NCBI RefSeq assembly: GCF_001595965.1
Contig: NZ_LOJI01000001.1
Location: 246,178-278,177, forward strand
Length of the DNA stretch: 32,000 nucleotides
Origin: Polynucleobacter yangtzensis
Lineage (GTDB): Bacteria > Pseudomonadota > Gammaproteobacteria > Burkholderiales > Burkholderiaceae
Reading direction: 5' to 3'
Below are positions 1 through 10,526 of this stretch, one piece after another. The notes below the pieces were generated by a model, which was not told the origin of the DNA, ran no database searches, and was given only the letters and a program-made list of their open reading frames with translations. The number at the start of each line of letters is the position of its first letter. The first letter of the stretch is position 1. A program made the translations under genes and the position numbers.

Positions 1-692
1 ACCAGCTCCATCAGCAATAAAAATTTATCTTCTGGCAATGCCAACACTATTTTTTTGGAAAAAATTGAGCCAGCCAAAACACAAACTCCAATTAGAAGTC
101 CCTGCATGATAGCCATCATGTTCAAAAATCCTAGCTGGTGAAATGCTATGCCCTTGGTAAATAAAATTGAAAGGGTGCTTGCTGCCTCCGTGCCCAAAAA
201 GGCACCTTTACTTAAGCCATACGCCAAAAAGAATGGGGTATTGATTGCTCCGGTAGTAGCGACAATGCCTGTCAAGTAACCGATGATGGCGCCAACCAAG
301 CCCATCTGCCAAAGCTTTAAATAAAAATTCTTTTTTCGCATCCAGCGGCGGATTGGAACTAACAAAATTAGAAAACCGCCCAAAGTCATTTCGACCAATC
401 GCTCATCAAGCCGCACTAAAGTATTCACACCCAACACCGTGAATGGTATTGCTGTAAAACTATAGGCAATACAAACGCGCCACTGAATGAGATTCCACCA
501 CAAAAAAATACGCGAGAGATTGGCTACGGTTGCAACCAAAGCAATAACAGGAATTGCCTGAATAGGCCCATAAAAATAAACGAGAGCGGGCATTAGGATG
601 ATAGTGGTGCCAAAGCCAATGACACCACCCAAAACTCCGGCGCCCAGACCGAGCGAACCCAGGACTAGAGCCTGAAGAATCAGATCAGGCAA
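1..692 (-). CDS. TauE/SafE (TSUP) family anion exporter, partial (C-terminus runs off the window edge)
   Basis: My own minus-strand translation; the ORF is open at the window edge and so is missing from the ORF track. It reads (TTG)PDLILQALVLGSLGLGAGVLGGVIGFGTTIILMPALVYFYG...LAYGLSKGAFLGTEAAS..., is multi-TM and has a Gly-rich TM1. The TTG start at 692-690 is uncertain. Confidence 0.6.
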   Translation of the reverse strand, partial: MPDLILQALVLGSLGLGAGVLGGVIGFGTTIILMPALVYFYGPIQAIPVIALVATVANLSRIFLWWNLIQWRVCIAYSFTAIPFTVLGVNTLVRLDERLVEMTLGGFLILLVPIRRWMRKKNFYLKLWQMGLVGAIIGYLTGIVATTGAINTPFFLAYGLSKGAFLGTEAASTLSILFTKGIAFHQLGFLNMMAIMQGLLIGVCVLAGSIFSKKIVLALPEDKFLLLMEL

Positions 693-749
693 GCTTACTC
701 ATCTCAAATTATCAACAGTGGGTGACTAAATAAATACCCAGTCAATCCT

Positions 750-905
750 TTAGCGACCGCCCTGGCAATCTAGCGGCATTTCCCACATGGGCTTACCTTG
801 AGAATAGTTACAGTTAACCCCATCAGGAGAGGTTGTGCTGGCAAGACAGCCTGTTAGAGCCATAGCAACTAAAGTCGATGTACTAGTAAGAAGTAATTTT
901 TTCAT
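750..905 (-). CDS. Small putative lipoprotein (51 aa)
   Basis: My own translation gives MKKLLLTSTSTLVAMALTGCLASTTSPDG..., a signal peptide with an L-T-G-C lipobox. It is below the ORF-track length cutoff. Confidence 0.45.
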   Translation of the reverse strand: MKKLLLTSTSTLVAMALTGCLASTTSPDGVNCNYSQGKPMWEMPLDCQGGR

Positions 906-975
906 GATTTTTTATCCCGATTGAATGTATGAAATCCACTCTATTAGATATCCAATTTATAGCAGAACTTTTGTT

Positions 976-996
976 AAAAAAACTGCCCGCGGGCGG
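976..996 (-). terminator. Intrinsic terminator downstream of the MAPEG/dehalogenase operon
   Basis: A GC-rich stem CTGCC-CGCG-GGCGG is followed on the minus strand by a run of seven T. Confidence 0.6.
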
Positions 997-1042
997 TCTT
1001 AGAATTCCTCACCAGGAAAATTAAACGTGAATTGAATGATCC

Positions 1043-1441
1043 CTATGCAACCAGGCTATACAAGGGCCAGCCTACATTGAGGATTGCCAATGTAATGAGA
1101 GTCCCAAAAGTAAATTTCATTCCCAATACACGACTACTAAAGTTGGGCGGCGGCTCATTAATACCTTTGGCATGAATTAAGCGCCCAATGATTAAAGCGA
1201 TGCCGGGAAGAATTACAAGCCACCAAGGGGCGCCATTTAACTCAAGACAAGCAATCAAAATGAGTCCAATTGGCACATACTCGGCAAAGTTACCTTGAGC
1301 GCGAATAGCTCTTTCAAGATCGTCGTAACCTCCACTTCCTAGGCTAACTTTATTTTTTCTTCTAAGGCCAATTACCGCAAAAGAAAGCTTTACGAAAATA
1401 ATAGTCAAGATTGCGGCAATAATTGAAGTCATTAGCAACAT
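1043..1441 (-). CDS. MAPEG family membrane protein
   Basis: 132-aa protein with 3-4 TM segments. The motif RRKNKVSLGSGGYDDLERAIRAQGNFAEYVP is typical of bacterial MAPEG/YecN-like proteins. Confidence 0.7.
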   Translation of the reverse strand: MLLMTSIIAAILTIIFVKLSFAVIGLRRKNKVSLGSGGYDDLERAIRAQGNFAEYVPIGLILIACLELNGAPWWLVILPGIALIIGRLIHAKGINEPPPNFSSRVLGMKFTFGTLITLAILNVGWPLYSLVA

Positions 1442-1451
1442 TTATTTCTCC

Positions 1452-2135
1452 TTAAATAACTTCCAAAACTTTGCTTAAAGAATTTCCTTCGTAGTTTGGT
1501 TTTTCGCCAATCTCTTCAAAAGGATGGCCAAGACGATTGACCCAAAATACATCAAATCCATACCACTTAGCGGCTAGCGCATCCCAGGCATTGCTTGAGA
1601 CAAACAAGATCTCTTCTTTCTTCACTGGAAAAGCTTTTAATAAAAGTTCGTAAGCCTGCGGCGCCGTTTTAAACAAACGCACATCCTCAATCGTGACAAC
1701 CTTATCCAGGTATGGCGCTAGGCCATTACTTTCGACCACTGTTGCCAACATCTCTCTACTACCGTTAGACAGAATTGCGGTGGAAATTCCCATATCCTTA
1801 ATCGCTTTAAGAACGCTTAAGCTATCGTTAAAGCCAGTGAGCTTGGCATACTGATTCATGAGTCGCTTCTCACATTCTGCTGTGAGATTTAATTCCATGC
1901 GCTTACAAACATAGCGAAGCGAACGAATGGTTAATTCCCAGAATGGCAGATAGTGTTTGCTGCCACCCGGATTGGGATCGCTCATCGTAACTAAGCGGGT
2001 ATATTCAATTTGACGATCGCGCCACATTAAAGCAAAAGCTTGTCCGTGGCCAGGAAATAATTCTTCCGCCAACTGGCCCATCGAGTACACATCAAACAAT
2101 GTTCCATAGGCATCAAAGGCTACCAGCTTATACAT
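1452..2135 (-). CDS. Haloacid dehalogenase type II (HAD superfamily)
   Basis: N-terminal FDAYGTLFDV (DxYGT nucleophile motif), then SNG... and a C-terminal SSNAWD motif. The gene lies 10 nt upstream of the MAPEG gene. Confidence 0.85.
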   Translation of the reverse strand: MYKLVAFDAYGTLFDVYSMGQLAEELFPGHGQAFALMWRDRQIEYTRLVTMSDPNPGGSKHYLPFWELTIRSLRYVCKRMELNLTAECEKRLMNQYAKLTGFNDSLSVLKAIKDMGISTAILSNGSREMLATVVESNGLAPYLDKVVTIEDVRLFKTAPQAYELLLKAFPVKKEEILFVSSNAWDALAAKWYGFDVFWVNRLGHPFEEIGEKPNYEGNSLSKVLEVI

Positions 2136-2520
2136 GCAGTCTCCAGCTTTTTATTATGAGTTTCTATTGTCGCTTAATGGCCTTGAGGTCCGTGAGTGAT
2201 GGAAGCGACTACGTTCCTTATTGAAATAGGGGCTACTTTAATACCGGTTTTATTATCAATTTTTTCGATCAATAAGTTCAATTTAATTCATTTGACTAAT
2301 GATCTATCTAAGAACAAGATGAGTTCGTAGCAAGCAATAAGTAAGCGCCTAAAACTGGGGAAAGATTATTAATAATTTTTAACAAGGAGGGCATGTCATG
2401 AGCATTCTCATTACATATATGGCGGGCGAATAAAAATACTGTCTAGTACACAGACTATTTATAGCTTTATCAGTTAATCTGAACGACAGAGATTAACAAA
2501 TCAAATTATTAGTTATCTAA

Positions 2521-4686
<2,166 letters not shown>

Positions 4687-4704
4687 TTGAGCAATTCAGG
4701 CGCT

Positions 4705-4738
4705 AAACAGGGGGCAGTTTATGCTCCCTGTTTTTTTA
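4705..4738. terminator. Bidirectional intrinsic terminator between katG and the peroxiredoxin gene
   Basis: AAACAGGGGGC-agtttat-GCTCCCTGTTTTTTT lies between two convergent genes. Confidence 0.7.
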
Positions 4739-5290
4739 ATAGCTCTTCAAATAATCAATTACCCATGCTGGATCACTATCGCTTGGGAAAATGGGGTAAT
4801 GAACTGCCTCGATTACACCGTTGTTCGCAATGAGCGTGACTCGCTTTAAGAGAGTCATTCCAGCAGCAACAAATGTTGGCATATTCAATGCCTTTTGAAA
4901 TTCATAATTCACATCACTAACCACTGGGAATGGAAGGTGAAGTCTATCGGCCATCTCTTTTTGATACTCAGTAGTTTGAACACTCAAACCCACAACCTCT
5001 GCGCCCAATGCTTGAAGCTCTTGGTAATGATCCCTAAATGAACAGCTCTGCGGTGTACATCCTCTTGCTCCAGGAATTTGATCCCAACCATCTGGCAAAG
5101 CAACATTGGGCTGCCCTGTCATTGGGTAGCAATAAATAACCAACTTACCTTTGATGTCACCAAAGTTAATGGGCGTTCCATTGGTAGCATTTAAAGAAAC
5201 GTTGGGCAGCCTCATTCCCTTCAAATGATTAGTCGAGCCATCATCTTGAGGAATAGGGAGATCTGTAGGGAGCTGATTTAGGTTTGTCAT
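4736..5290 (-). CDS. Peroxiredoxin (AhpC/TSA-redoxin family, BCP/PrxQ-like)
   Basis: Contains the GARGCTPQSCSFRD CxxxxC active-site motif in a thioredoxin-fold context. Confidence 0.85.
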   Translation of the reverse strand: MTNLNQLPTDLPIPQDDGSTNHLKGMRLPNVSLNATNGTPINFGDIKGKLVIYCYPMTGQPNVALPDGWDQIPGARGCTPQSCSFRDHYQELQALGAEVVGLSVQTTEYQKEMADRLHLPFPVVSDVNYEFQKALNMPTFVAAGMTLLKRVTLIANNGVIEAVHYPIFPSDSDPAWVIDYLKSY

Positions 5291-5336
5291 ATCTAAATAC
5301 TATACAAAAAAGCCCCACATGAGGCTAAGGCAAAAT

Positions 5337-5430
5337 AAAAACCACCCGAAGGTGGTTTTGGTGTTTCTTGGTGGCCCGGGGCGGAATCGACCAGGACAGA
5401 GGGTGTATGACTCTAGCTCTAGACTACCCG
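5337..5430 (-). repeat. R1: terminator hairpin + tRNA-Phe 3'-end fragment + shared non-tRNA arm
   Basis: AAAACCACCCGAAGGTGGTTTT (5337-5359) followed by TGGTGGCCCGGGGCGGAATCGA (5369-5390). The next stretch, ...GACTCTAGCTCTAGAC, resembles R4. No tRNA 5' half is present. Confidence 0.85.
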
Positions 5431-5516
5431 CCAAAATAGATGACTCAATAAAAACCACTTTAAGTTTTCACCCAAAGTGGTTAAGTCCGTAGGAGCGGAC
5501 AAGCCGAAAATAATAA

Positions 5517-5837
5517 TTATTTTTTTCTTAAAAAAGCTGGAATATAGACTTCATCGTTTTGAGCATTGGTTGCTCTTATCCCAGAATGCTGTCTCCTGAA
5601 ATCCTCTAATTCAACCTCTAATGCCTTGGCATAAATCTGGGCATTAGTTAAAGTGCTCTCGGGTGCCTGCTTAAATCCCAACAGCTCACCATTTTCTATC
5701 CGAACAATTTCTTGAATTGCCAATCCGCAAGAGCCCGCTACTACGGGCAAGGTTAAGCTACGCATCTCTCTAGCCTCGCGAAGACGCTTACCCAACTGCC
5801 TAAAAGATTGAATTTCCAACAAAGTCATACAGCCCAC
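5517..5837 (-). CDS. Helix-turn-helix (XRE/Cro-C1-like) domain protein
   Basis: RLREAREMRSLTLPVVAGSCGLAIQEIVRIENGE is an HTH-like segment. The start may instead be the internal Met at 5828. Confidence 0.5.
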   Translation of the reverse strand: MGCMTLLEIQSFRQLGKRLREAREMRSLTLPVVAGSCGLAIQEIVRIENGELLGFKQAPESTLTNAQIYAKALEVELEDFRRQHSGIRATNAQNDEVYIPAFLRKK

Positions 5838-5950
5838 AACTTTAATAAATTAGGGCTTTATGTTCTCTCTGTAGCCTAGTCGGGTCAATTAGCCTTAGGG
5901 CGAATACGAAACCCATTACAAGTCACAGCCAATCCCATAAACTCTCGCGG

Positions 5951-7378
5951 ATGACACCTTTTACGATTCAAACCATTTTTTTGTTTTATAGCGCTCTGAG
6001 TTTTTTATCAGCGGCTCTTATTGGCGCATTATTTTGGAAGCGAAAAGATCGCTCAGCCAAACTGTGGCTTTGGGGCTGCTTGCTGACATCAATTGCCACC
6101 GCAATAACAGCTCATCGAAATAACATTCCACTAACCATCAGTTATAGCTTGATGGTTAGTTTTGAAGCCCTATCCATTCTCCTGTTTAGTGAATCATTAA
6201 AGCGTTTAGCCGTCAGTCAAGCAGAAGTAAAGCTTAGCTTACTTACCTTTATCATCCCCAGCACTCTTTTTCTTGTGATTGAATTTGCTAGGCAAATAGG
6301 CGGCGGAGAAATAACTCCAGCTATATCAGCACTGACAATGTCAACATTTGCTATCGCAAATGTATTTTGTCTTTATCAAACAGTACAAGTAAAAAAAGAA
6401 TTTGAAAATGAAATATTTTTTAATTTTTTGGGTATTGTTTTTGGAGTAGTAATCGCCCTGTATCTCGTAAGAATTTTTATCATTGCGAGCGGCTACAGTA
6501 GTCATTCATTTGACATTCAGACTTTAAATGTCATCACTTGGTTTGGACTGCTTTTATTTGGCGCTATCAGAAACCTTGCTTATATTGTTCTCAGGCTCCA
6601 TATGGGATTTACTGAACATACACGCTTAAATAGTATGAACCTACGACTCTCTGATGTTTTAGATGAACGCAATGAGATGATTCTTTCCTTACAAAAACTA
6701 AATAGATCGGCATCGATTAATGCCTTAGCCTCCACTATTTCACATGAGATTAATCAGCCTCTAGGCGCATCAAGACTCAATGCGCAATTTGCTGAGATGA
6801 AACTTGAATCAGACCCAGGCAATGTTTCACTTCTTAAAGAGCTTATTAAAAGCATATTAGAGGATATCAATAGAGCCTCAACCATTGTTAAAAATTTATC
6901 CAGATTAAGCTCTAATCAAAATAACAGCGTTGCCCATGTCAATCTTGCTGAATCGATTAATCAAGTTATTGAAATATCTAAAGGTAAGTTACGCTCCTCT
7001 AAAACCACCATTGAGCTTAATTGCGCTAGTCACTATCAAATTAATGTCAATGTGAGCGAGTGGCAGCAAGTATTAATTAACTTAATTAATAATGCGATTG
7101 ATGCTCTTGATGAGGCTGATATAGGTCACAAAAAAATAGAGATTTGCGCCAAACAAGAGGGCAAGACTATAAAAATTTCTATTCAAGACAATGGGCATGG
7201 TATTGCCGCTGGCCAGGAGACCAAAATTTTCGATTTAATGGTTAGCAATAAGGAAGCTGGGTCTGGAATTGGCCTGTGGCTCTCAAAAACTATCATCAAT
7301 AGATTTGGCGGTGAAATTAGTGCCCACAACACAAGTGATGGCGGAGCATGCTTTGTCATTGAACTACCCAAAGCCTAA
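5951..7378 (+). CDS. Membrane sensor histidine kinase
   Basis: About 6 N-terminal TM helices, H-box SHEINQPL, N-box NLINNAIDAL, G1 DNGHGI and G2 GSGIGL. Confidence 0.85.
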   Translation: MTPFTIQTIFLFYSALSFLSAALIGALFWKRKDRSAKLWLWGCLLTSIATAITAHRNNIPLTISYSLMVSFEALSILLFSESLKRLAVSQAEVKLSLLTFIIPSTLFLVIEFARQIGGGEITPAISALTMSTFAIANVFCLYQTVQVKKEFENEIFFNFLGIVFGVVIALYLVRIFIIASGYSSHSFDIQTLNVITWFGLLLFGAIRNLAYIVLRLHMGFTEHTRLNSMNLRLSDVLDERNEMILSLQKLNRSASINALASTISHEINQPLGASRLNAQFAEMKLESDPGNVSLLKELIKSILEDINRASTIVKNLSRLSSNQNNSVAHVNLAESINQVIEISKGKLRSSKTTIELNCASHYQINVNVSEWQQVLINLINNAIDALDEADIGHKKIEICAKQEGKTIKISIQDNGHGIAAGQETKIFDLMVSNKEAGSGIGLWLSKTIINRFGGEISAHNTSDGGACFVIELPKA

Positions 7379-7399
7379 GATGTCGTTTTAAACGACATC
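7379..7399. repeat. Perfect 21-bp palindrome GATGTCGTTT-T-AAACGACATC
   Basis: It starts 1 nt after the kinase stop codon and belongs to the TTTWAAA-centred palindrome family. Confidence 0.9.
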
Positions 7400-7421
7400 T
7401 AAACGTACCGCATAAACGAAA

Positions 7422-7495
7422 AAAACCACCCGAAGGTGGTTTTGGTGTTCTTGGTGGCCGGGGGCGGAATCGAACCGGGGCCGAGATGCTTAGAC
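7422..7495 (-). repeat. R2: terminator hairpin + tRNA-Phe 3'-end fragment
   Basis: Hairpin at 7422-7443 and TGGTGGCCGGGGGCGGAATCGAACC at 7452-7476, with 1 mismatch and 1 deletion relative to the consensus, followed by GGGGCCGAGATGCTTAGAC. Confidence 0.85.
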
Positions 7496-8014
7496 AAGTT
7501 GTTTTGTTAACAACACCAGCTTAAGGCCACTGATCTTAGGATTTCCAACGCCAGCATCTGCTGGATAGTCTGAGCTTACTTGCGTGGGCTCGTAGCCCCT
7601 ACGCAAATAAAAATCAAATAACTCTTTACGCTCTGAAATAACAAATAAATTAACCTCTGAAGACTCATATTGATTTTCGGCATACTCTTCTGCGAGCTGA
7701 AGTATTTCTTTGCCCAAGCCAAGATTTTGATATGACGGCTTAACTGTCAGCATGGCGATATAGCTTGCCCCAGCCTCTTCGTTGATATTCACGCAGGCAA
7801 CAATCTCACCTTTGTTTAGGCCGAGCAATATTGTCGACCCATCCCCATCAAGCAGATCAGCAAGTTGCTGTGTGTTGATTCTGTCGCCCTCTATAAGCCC
7901 TGACTCATGAGTCCAGCCGGTCTCAGGGCCGTTGGGACGATACGAGTTATTTATTAAGCCCACCAGCTCTGGTACGTCCCTTGCTGTGGCAATACGATAT
8001 TCGTCAATATTCAT
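7490..8014 (-). CDS. GNAT family N-acetyltransferase
   Basis: Carries the acetyl-CoA motif KPSYQNLGLGKEIL. I call the start at Met45 of the track ORF (MNIDEYRIATARDV). The upstream 44 codons of ORF 7490-8146 merely translate the tRNA fragment and terminator repeat. Confidence 0.8.
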   Translation of the reverse strand: MNIDEYRIATARDVPELVGLINNSYRPNGPETGWTHESGLIEGDRINTQQLADLLDGDGSTILLGLNKGEIVACVNINEEAGASYIAMLTVKPSYQNLGLGKEILQLAEEYAENQYESSEVNLFVISERKELFDFYLRRGYEPTQVSSDYPADAGVGNPKISGLKLVLLTKQLV

Positions 8015-8034
8015 GACGATAGTTTCACCCAAAT

Positions 8035-8115
8035 ATGAAAAAACCACCCGAAGGTGGTTTTGGTGTTTCTTGGTGGCCCGGGGCGGAATCGAACCACCGA
8101 CACAAGGATTTTCAA
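8035..8115 (-). repeat. R3: 81-bp perfect direct repeat of the tRNA-Phe 3' half (anticodon loop to CCA) plus terminator
   Basis: Identical base for base to 24944-25024. It covers tRNA positions ~32-76, the 9-nt spacer and the UUCG hairpin. The sequence past 8115 diverges and forms no cloverleaf. Confidence 0.9.
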
Positions 8116-8175
8116 GCATCCTCCGATTGACCGCTTCGCCAAGCATTTCAAGTGGTTATGCCAACCGAGACAGAT

Positions 8176-8238
8176 TGTGCGCAAAAAATGCTGAGCGTTT
8201 TCAGAAACTTACCGTAGCGTGTTGAAACTGTGCGCAAA
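8176..8238 (+). repeat. Two direct copies of TGTGCGCAAA (8176-8185, 8229-8238)
   Basis: A 10-mer repeated 53 bp apart, just inside the island end next to R3. This position fits arm-type recombinase binding sites, which is inference. Confidence 0.4.
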
Positions 8239-8335
8239 CCCAAATACCAATATGTAGCGGTGACTGACGTAAGGAGTACCAATAAATTAACTACACAAAT
8301 GCGCTAAATCTCGGTTCATGTATCAGTCAAAAATT

Positions 8336-8453
8336 GGTTCGACTCCTGCTCATGCCACCCAATTTTGGTTCGAATCCTAGTAGTGGTACCGAACAAAGTT
8401 TGGTTCTCAGCCATGCCACCAAACCTTTAGTTCGAATCCTGTGCCTGCAGCCA
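8336..8453 (+). repeat. Tandem cluster of four tRNA 3'-end-like fragments (T-loop + T-stem 3' strand + acceptor 3' strand + CCA-like end)
   Basis: The four units are GGTTCGACTCCTGCTCATGCCACCCA (8336-8361), GGTTCGAATCCTAGTAGTGGTACC (8367-8390), GGTTCTCAGCCATGCCACCA (8402-8421) and GTTCGAATCCTGTGCCTGCAGCCA (8430-8453). None has a matching 5' half. The units alternate A-B-A'-B', like a diverged ~64-nt duplication. Confidence 0.7.
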
Positions 8454-8469
8454 ACCATTGGTACTTGGA

Positions 8470-8488
8470 ATGTCGTTTTAAACGACAT
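8470..8488. repeat. Perfect 19-bp palindrome ATGTCGTTT-T-AAACGACAT
   Basis: Same family as 7379, 21842 and the others. It lies 17 nt after the tRNA-like cluster and upstream of the DUF3800 gene. Confidence 0.9.
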
Positions 8489-8564
8489 ACAAATACCTTA
8501 CTTTAATCTACTAAATTCTGTAAACTTTTCTGATTAATTAAAATCTTTTAAATCCATTTCTACT

Positions 8565-9284
8565 TTGTCAAATACAACCACTTCGCCACCTACGCATTAC
8601 AAAATATTTTGCGATGAAAGTTGTCATCTCCTAAGTGACAGCTCAAACATAATGGTATTTGGAGCGATTAAATGTGACGCAGATCAAGTGGCAAACGCCA
8701 TAAAGCAAATAAAAAGCTTGCGTGTCGTTCATAATTATCACACTGAAATTAAGTGGACTAAATTACATACCAAACATTTGCCGTTTTATAAAGCTCTCAT
8801 TAACTTATTTTTTGATTGTCATTTTTTAAAATTTAAAGCGACGGTTGTTCTTGATAAAAATCTACTAGATCACGAGAAATATAACAATGGATCTCACGCT
8901 GATTTTTATTACAAAATGGCGTACTACTCTTTAAGAGATTTTTTATCTACGCCAAATACTACATATCAAATTTATTTTGACTATGTAGATACACAAGGAA
9001 ACAATAAGGCCTCGCGTTTAAGAGATATTTTAATTAACAGGATGCATGGAAATCTTGAACTTTCAACTCAAGTCATAAGATCCCACGAATCGAACTTAAT
9101 TCAACTTTGCGATCTCTTGATTGGGGCGATTGGCTATGTCAATAGAAATGATCTAGCTCATTTAAGCAGTATAAAAAATCAAATTATTGAACACTTAAAA
9201 GTAAAAAGCCATAGAAGCTTAAATATTGCTTCGGCACCTTGGGAAGAAAAATTTAATCTTTTCCTTTTTAGCCCAAGAAAATAA
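8565..9284 (+). CDS. DUF3800-like protein
   Basis: N-terminal YKIFCDESCH (the DES motif) and C-terminal SNLIQLCDLLIGAIGY (the QxxD motif), as I recall for DUF3800. The gene is very AT-rich, and the TTG start with no clear RBS leaves the start uncertain. Confidence 0.6.
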   Translation: MSNTTTSPPTHYKIFCDESCHLLSDSSNIMVFGAIKCDADQVANAIKQIKSLRVVHNYHTEIKWTKLHTKHLPFYKALINLFFDCHFLKFKATVVLDKNLLDHEKYNNGSHADFYYKMAYYSLRDFLSTPNTTYQIYFDYVDTQGNNKASRLRDILINRMHGNLELSTQVIRSHESNLIQLCDLLIGAIGYVNRNDLAHLSSIKNQIIEHLKVKSHRSLNIASAPWEEKFNLFLFSPRK

Positions 9285-9285
9285 G

Positions 9286-9798
9286 ATGCTTCCTTCTATT
9301 ATCAATACAAGTGGCATTGATGCTACAAAGCTTTTTGATCATCTTTATAGATTTTTTCATCAAGATTTTGTCTGCAATAGGACATACCTGAATCAAACAA
9401 TTTACATAGATCCACAATCTAAACAACTAGAGGATGGCAAAGAAAAAACTTTTTGGCACCTCACGACAAAAAAGGATCAGTTAACCAAGATAAGGCTTTA
9501 CGATCCAAGACGTGCAGAGCGCCTCAATTGGGTAAAGGTAATCATTGAAAACCATTCGGCTCCATTAGTTTCATATTTTTATCATCAAGAAAATAATGCT
9601 AAAAAAGATATAAGACTATATCTCTGGGCAGAAAACCATGATTTTGTAGTCATCCTTCAAAAGCTCGGTAGATCCAGTTCAATTCTTGTAACAAGCTTTT
9701 ATATAGATCATCCCCATAAAAAGGTTGATTACAAAAAAAGACTTCATGCTTATCGCAATGGAACCAATCCAGCACTTATGAATGTTGATTGGTTTTAA
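9286..9798 (+). CDS. Hypothetical protein, translationally coupled partner of the DUF3800 gene
   Basis: The ATG lies 1 nt after the upstream stop (MLPSIINTSG...). The C-terminal ...DFVVILQKLGRSSSILVTSFYIDHP is reminiscent of small RelE/barnase-type toxin folds, a weak impression only. Confidence 0.55.
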   Translation: MLPSIINTSGIDATKLFDHLYRFFHQDFVCNRTYLNQTIYIDPQSKQLEDGKEKTFWHLTTKKDQLTKIRLYDPRRAERLNWVKVIIENHSAPLVSYFYHQENNAKKDIRLYLWAENHDFVVILQKLGRSSSILVTSFYIDHPHKKVDYKKRLHAYRNGTNPALMNVDWF

Positions 9799-9801
9799 AA
9801 A

Positions 9802-9824
9802 AAATCCGCCATGGAGGCGGATTT
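9802..9824 (+). terminator. Intrinsic terminator after the two-gene module
   Basis: AAATCCGCC-atgg-AGGCGGATTT, starting 4 nt after the stop codon. Confidence 0.7.
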
Positions 9825-10107
9825 AAGAATTTGGTCGCCTATTATGGACCGGGCGATACGGTCACCTCTTTCTACCAATTGGTAGGTGAGCGAAGTGATT
9901 TTGCAACATACAGCTCAAGATTACAAATCTAAATACCCTAATACAGTGAAAATACAACATCTATAATGCTGTAACTCATTGATTAAAATGAATATTTTTA
10001 ACTGCATCAAATTATTTACCCACTCGATGTATGGGTAAATAAACAACTCCCACACCCAAATAAATGAATTCCTGAAACTAAAATTGCTAATAACGGCAAA
10101 TTTTAGA

Positions 10108-10446
10108 ATGAAATCATTACCCAAAGAACTTAAAACTACTTCCGTTGATTCCAAGCTACCCACACAGGCTAGATTTGAGCAAAGCTTGCGAGATTCTATT
10201 GAAGGTCAGGAATCCATATTAAGCATTGGCTATTTGCAGTATGTTGCTCAATATCAATCTCATAACCCCTTTAGTCATTCACGCATCACCTACAAAGTAA
10301 TCCATAGAAATACAGGATGTTCTGTGCTCATTAAATTAACTAGGGTTTTAAATACTGGCTCAGGGCTACGCAAACGCCAGAGAATCAATAGAACTGCAAA
10401 GCGAATAGCAGTGAAATGGATGCCAAGACTCAAGACGAGGTATTGA
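10108..10446 (+). CDS. Hypothetical protein (doubtful)
   Basis: ORF-track entry 10084-10446 with an internal ATG at 10108. The C-terminus is basic, there is no RBS and I recognised no motif. Confidence 0.25.
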   Translation: MKSLPKELKTTSVDSKLPTQARFEQSLRDSIEGQESILSIGYLQYVAQYQSHNPFSHSRITYKVIHRNTGCSVLIKLTRVLNTGSGLRKRQRINRTAKRIAVKWMPRLKTRY

Positions 10447-10526
10447 TTTACGCATTACCTGTCAGCCAGATAATCTGTCAAACTCTAAAAAGAGTAATCA
10501 CCAGATCAAACCGCGATTTTGAATCA

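Noticed and set aside
7490-8146. Track ORF 7490-8146 as a 218-aa protein, with the overlapping ORF 7932-8225.
   Set aside because: The first 44 codons (…[24 protein letters not shown]…) are a translation of the tRNA fragment and terminator repeat. The GNAT domain starts at Met 8014. ORF 7932-8225 is antisense to the GNAT gene and also runs through the repeat.
8334-8537. Track ORF of 67 aa spanning the tRNA-like cluster.
   Set aside because: Its sequence is simply the translated T-loop/acceptor repeats and the palindrome. It has no RBS, and a repeat origin explains the open frame.
9921-10163. Minus-strand 80-aa ORF in the island gap.
   Set aside because: It is hydrophobic and low-complexity, as expected from AT-rich DNA. 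It has no RBS and overlaps another doubtful ORF.
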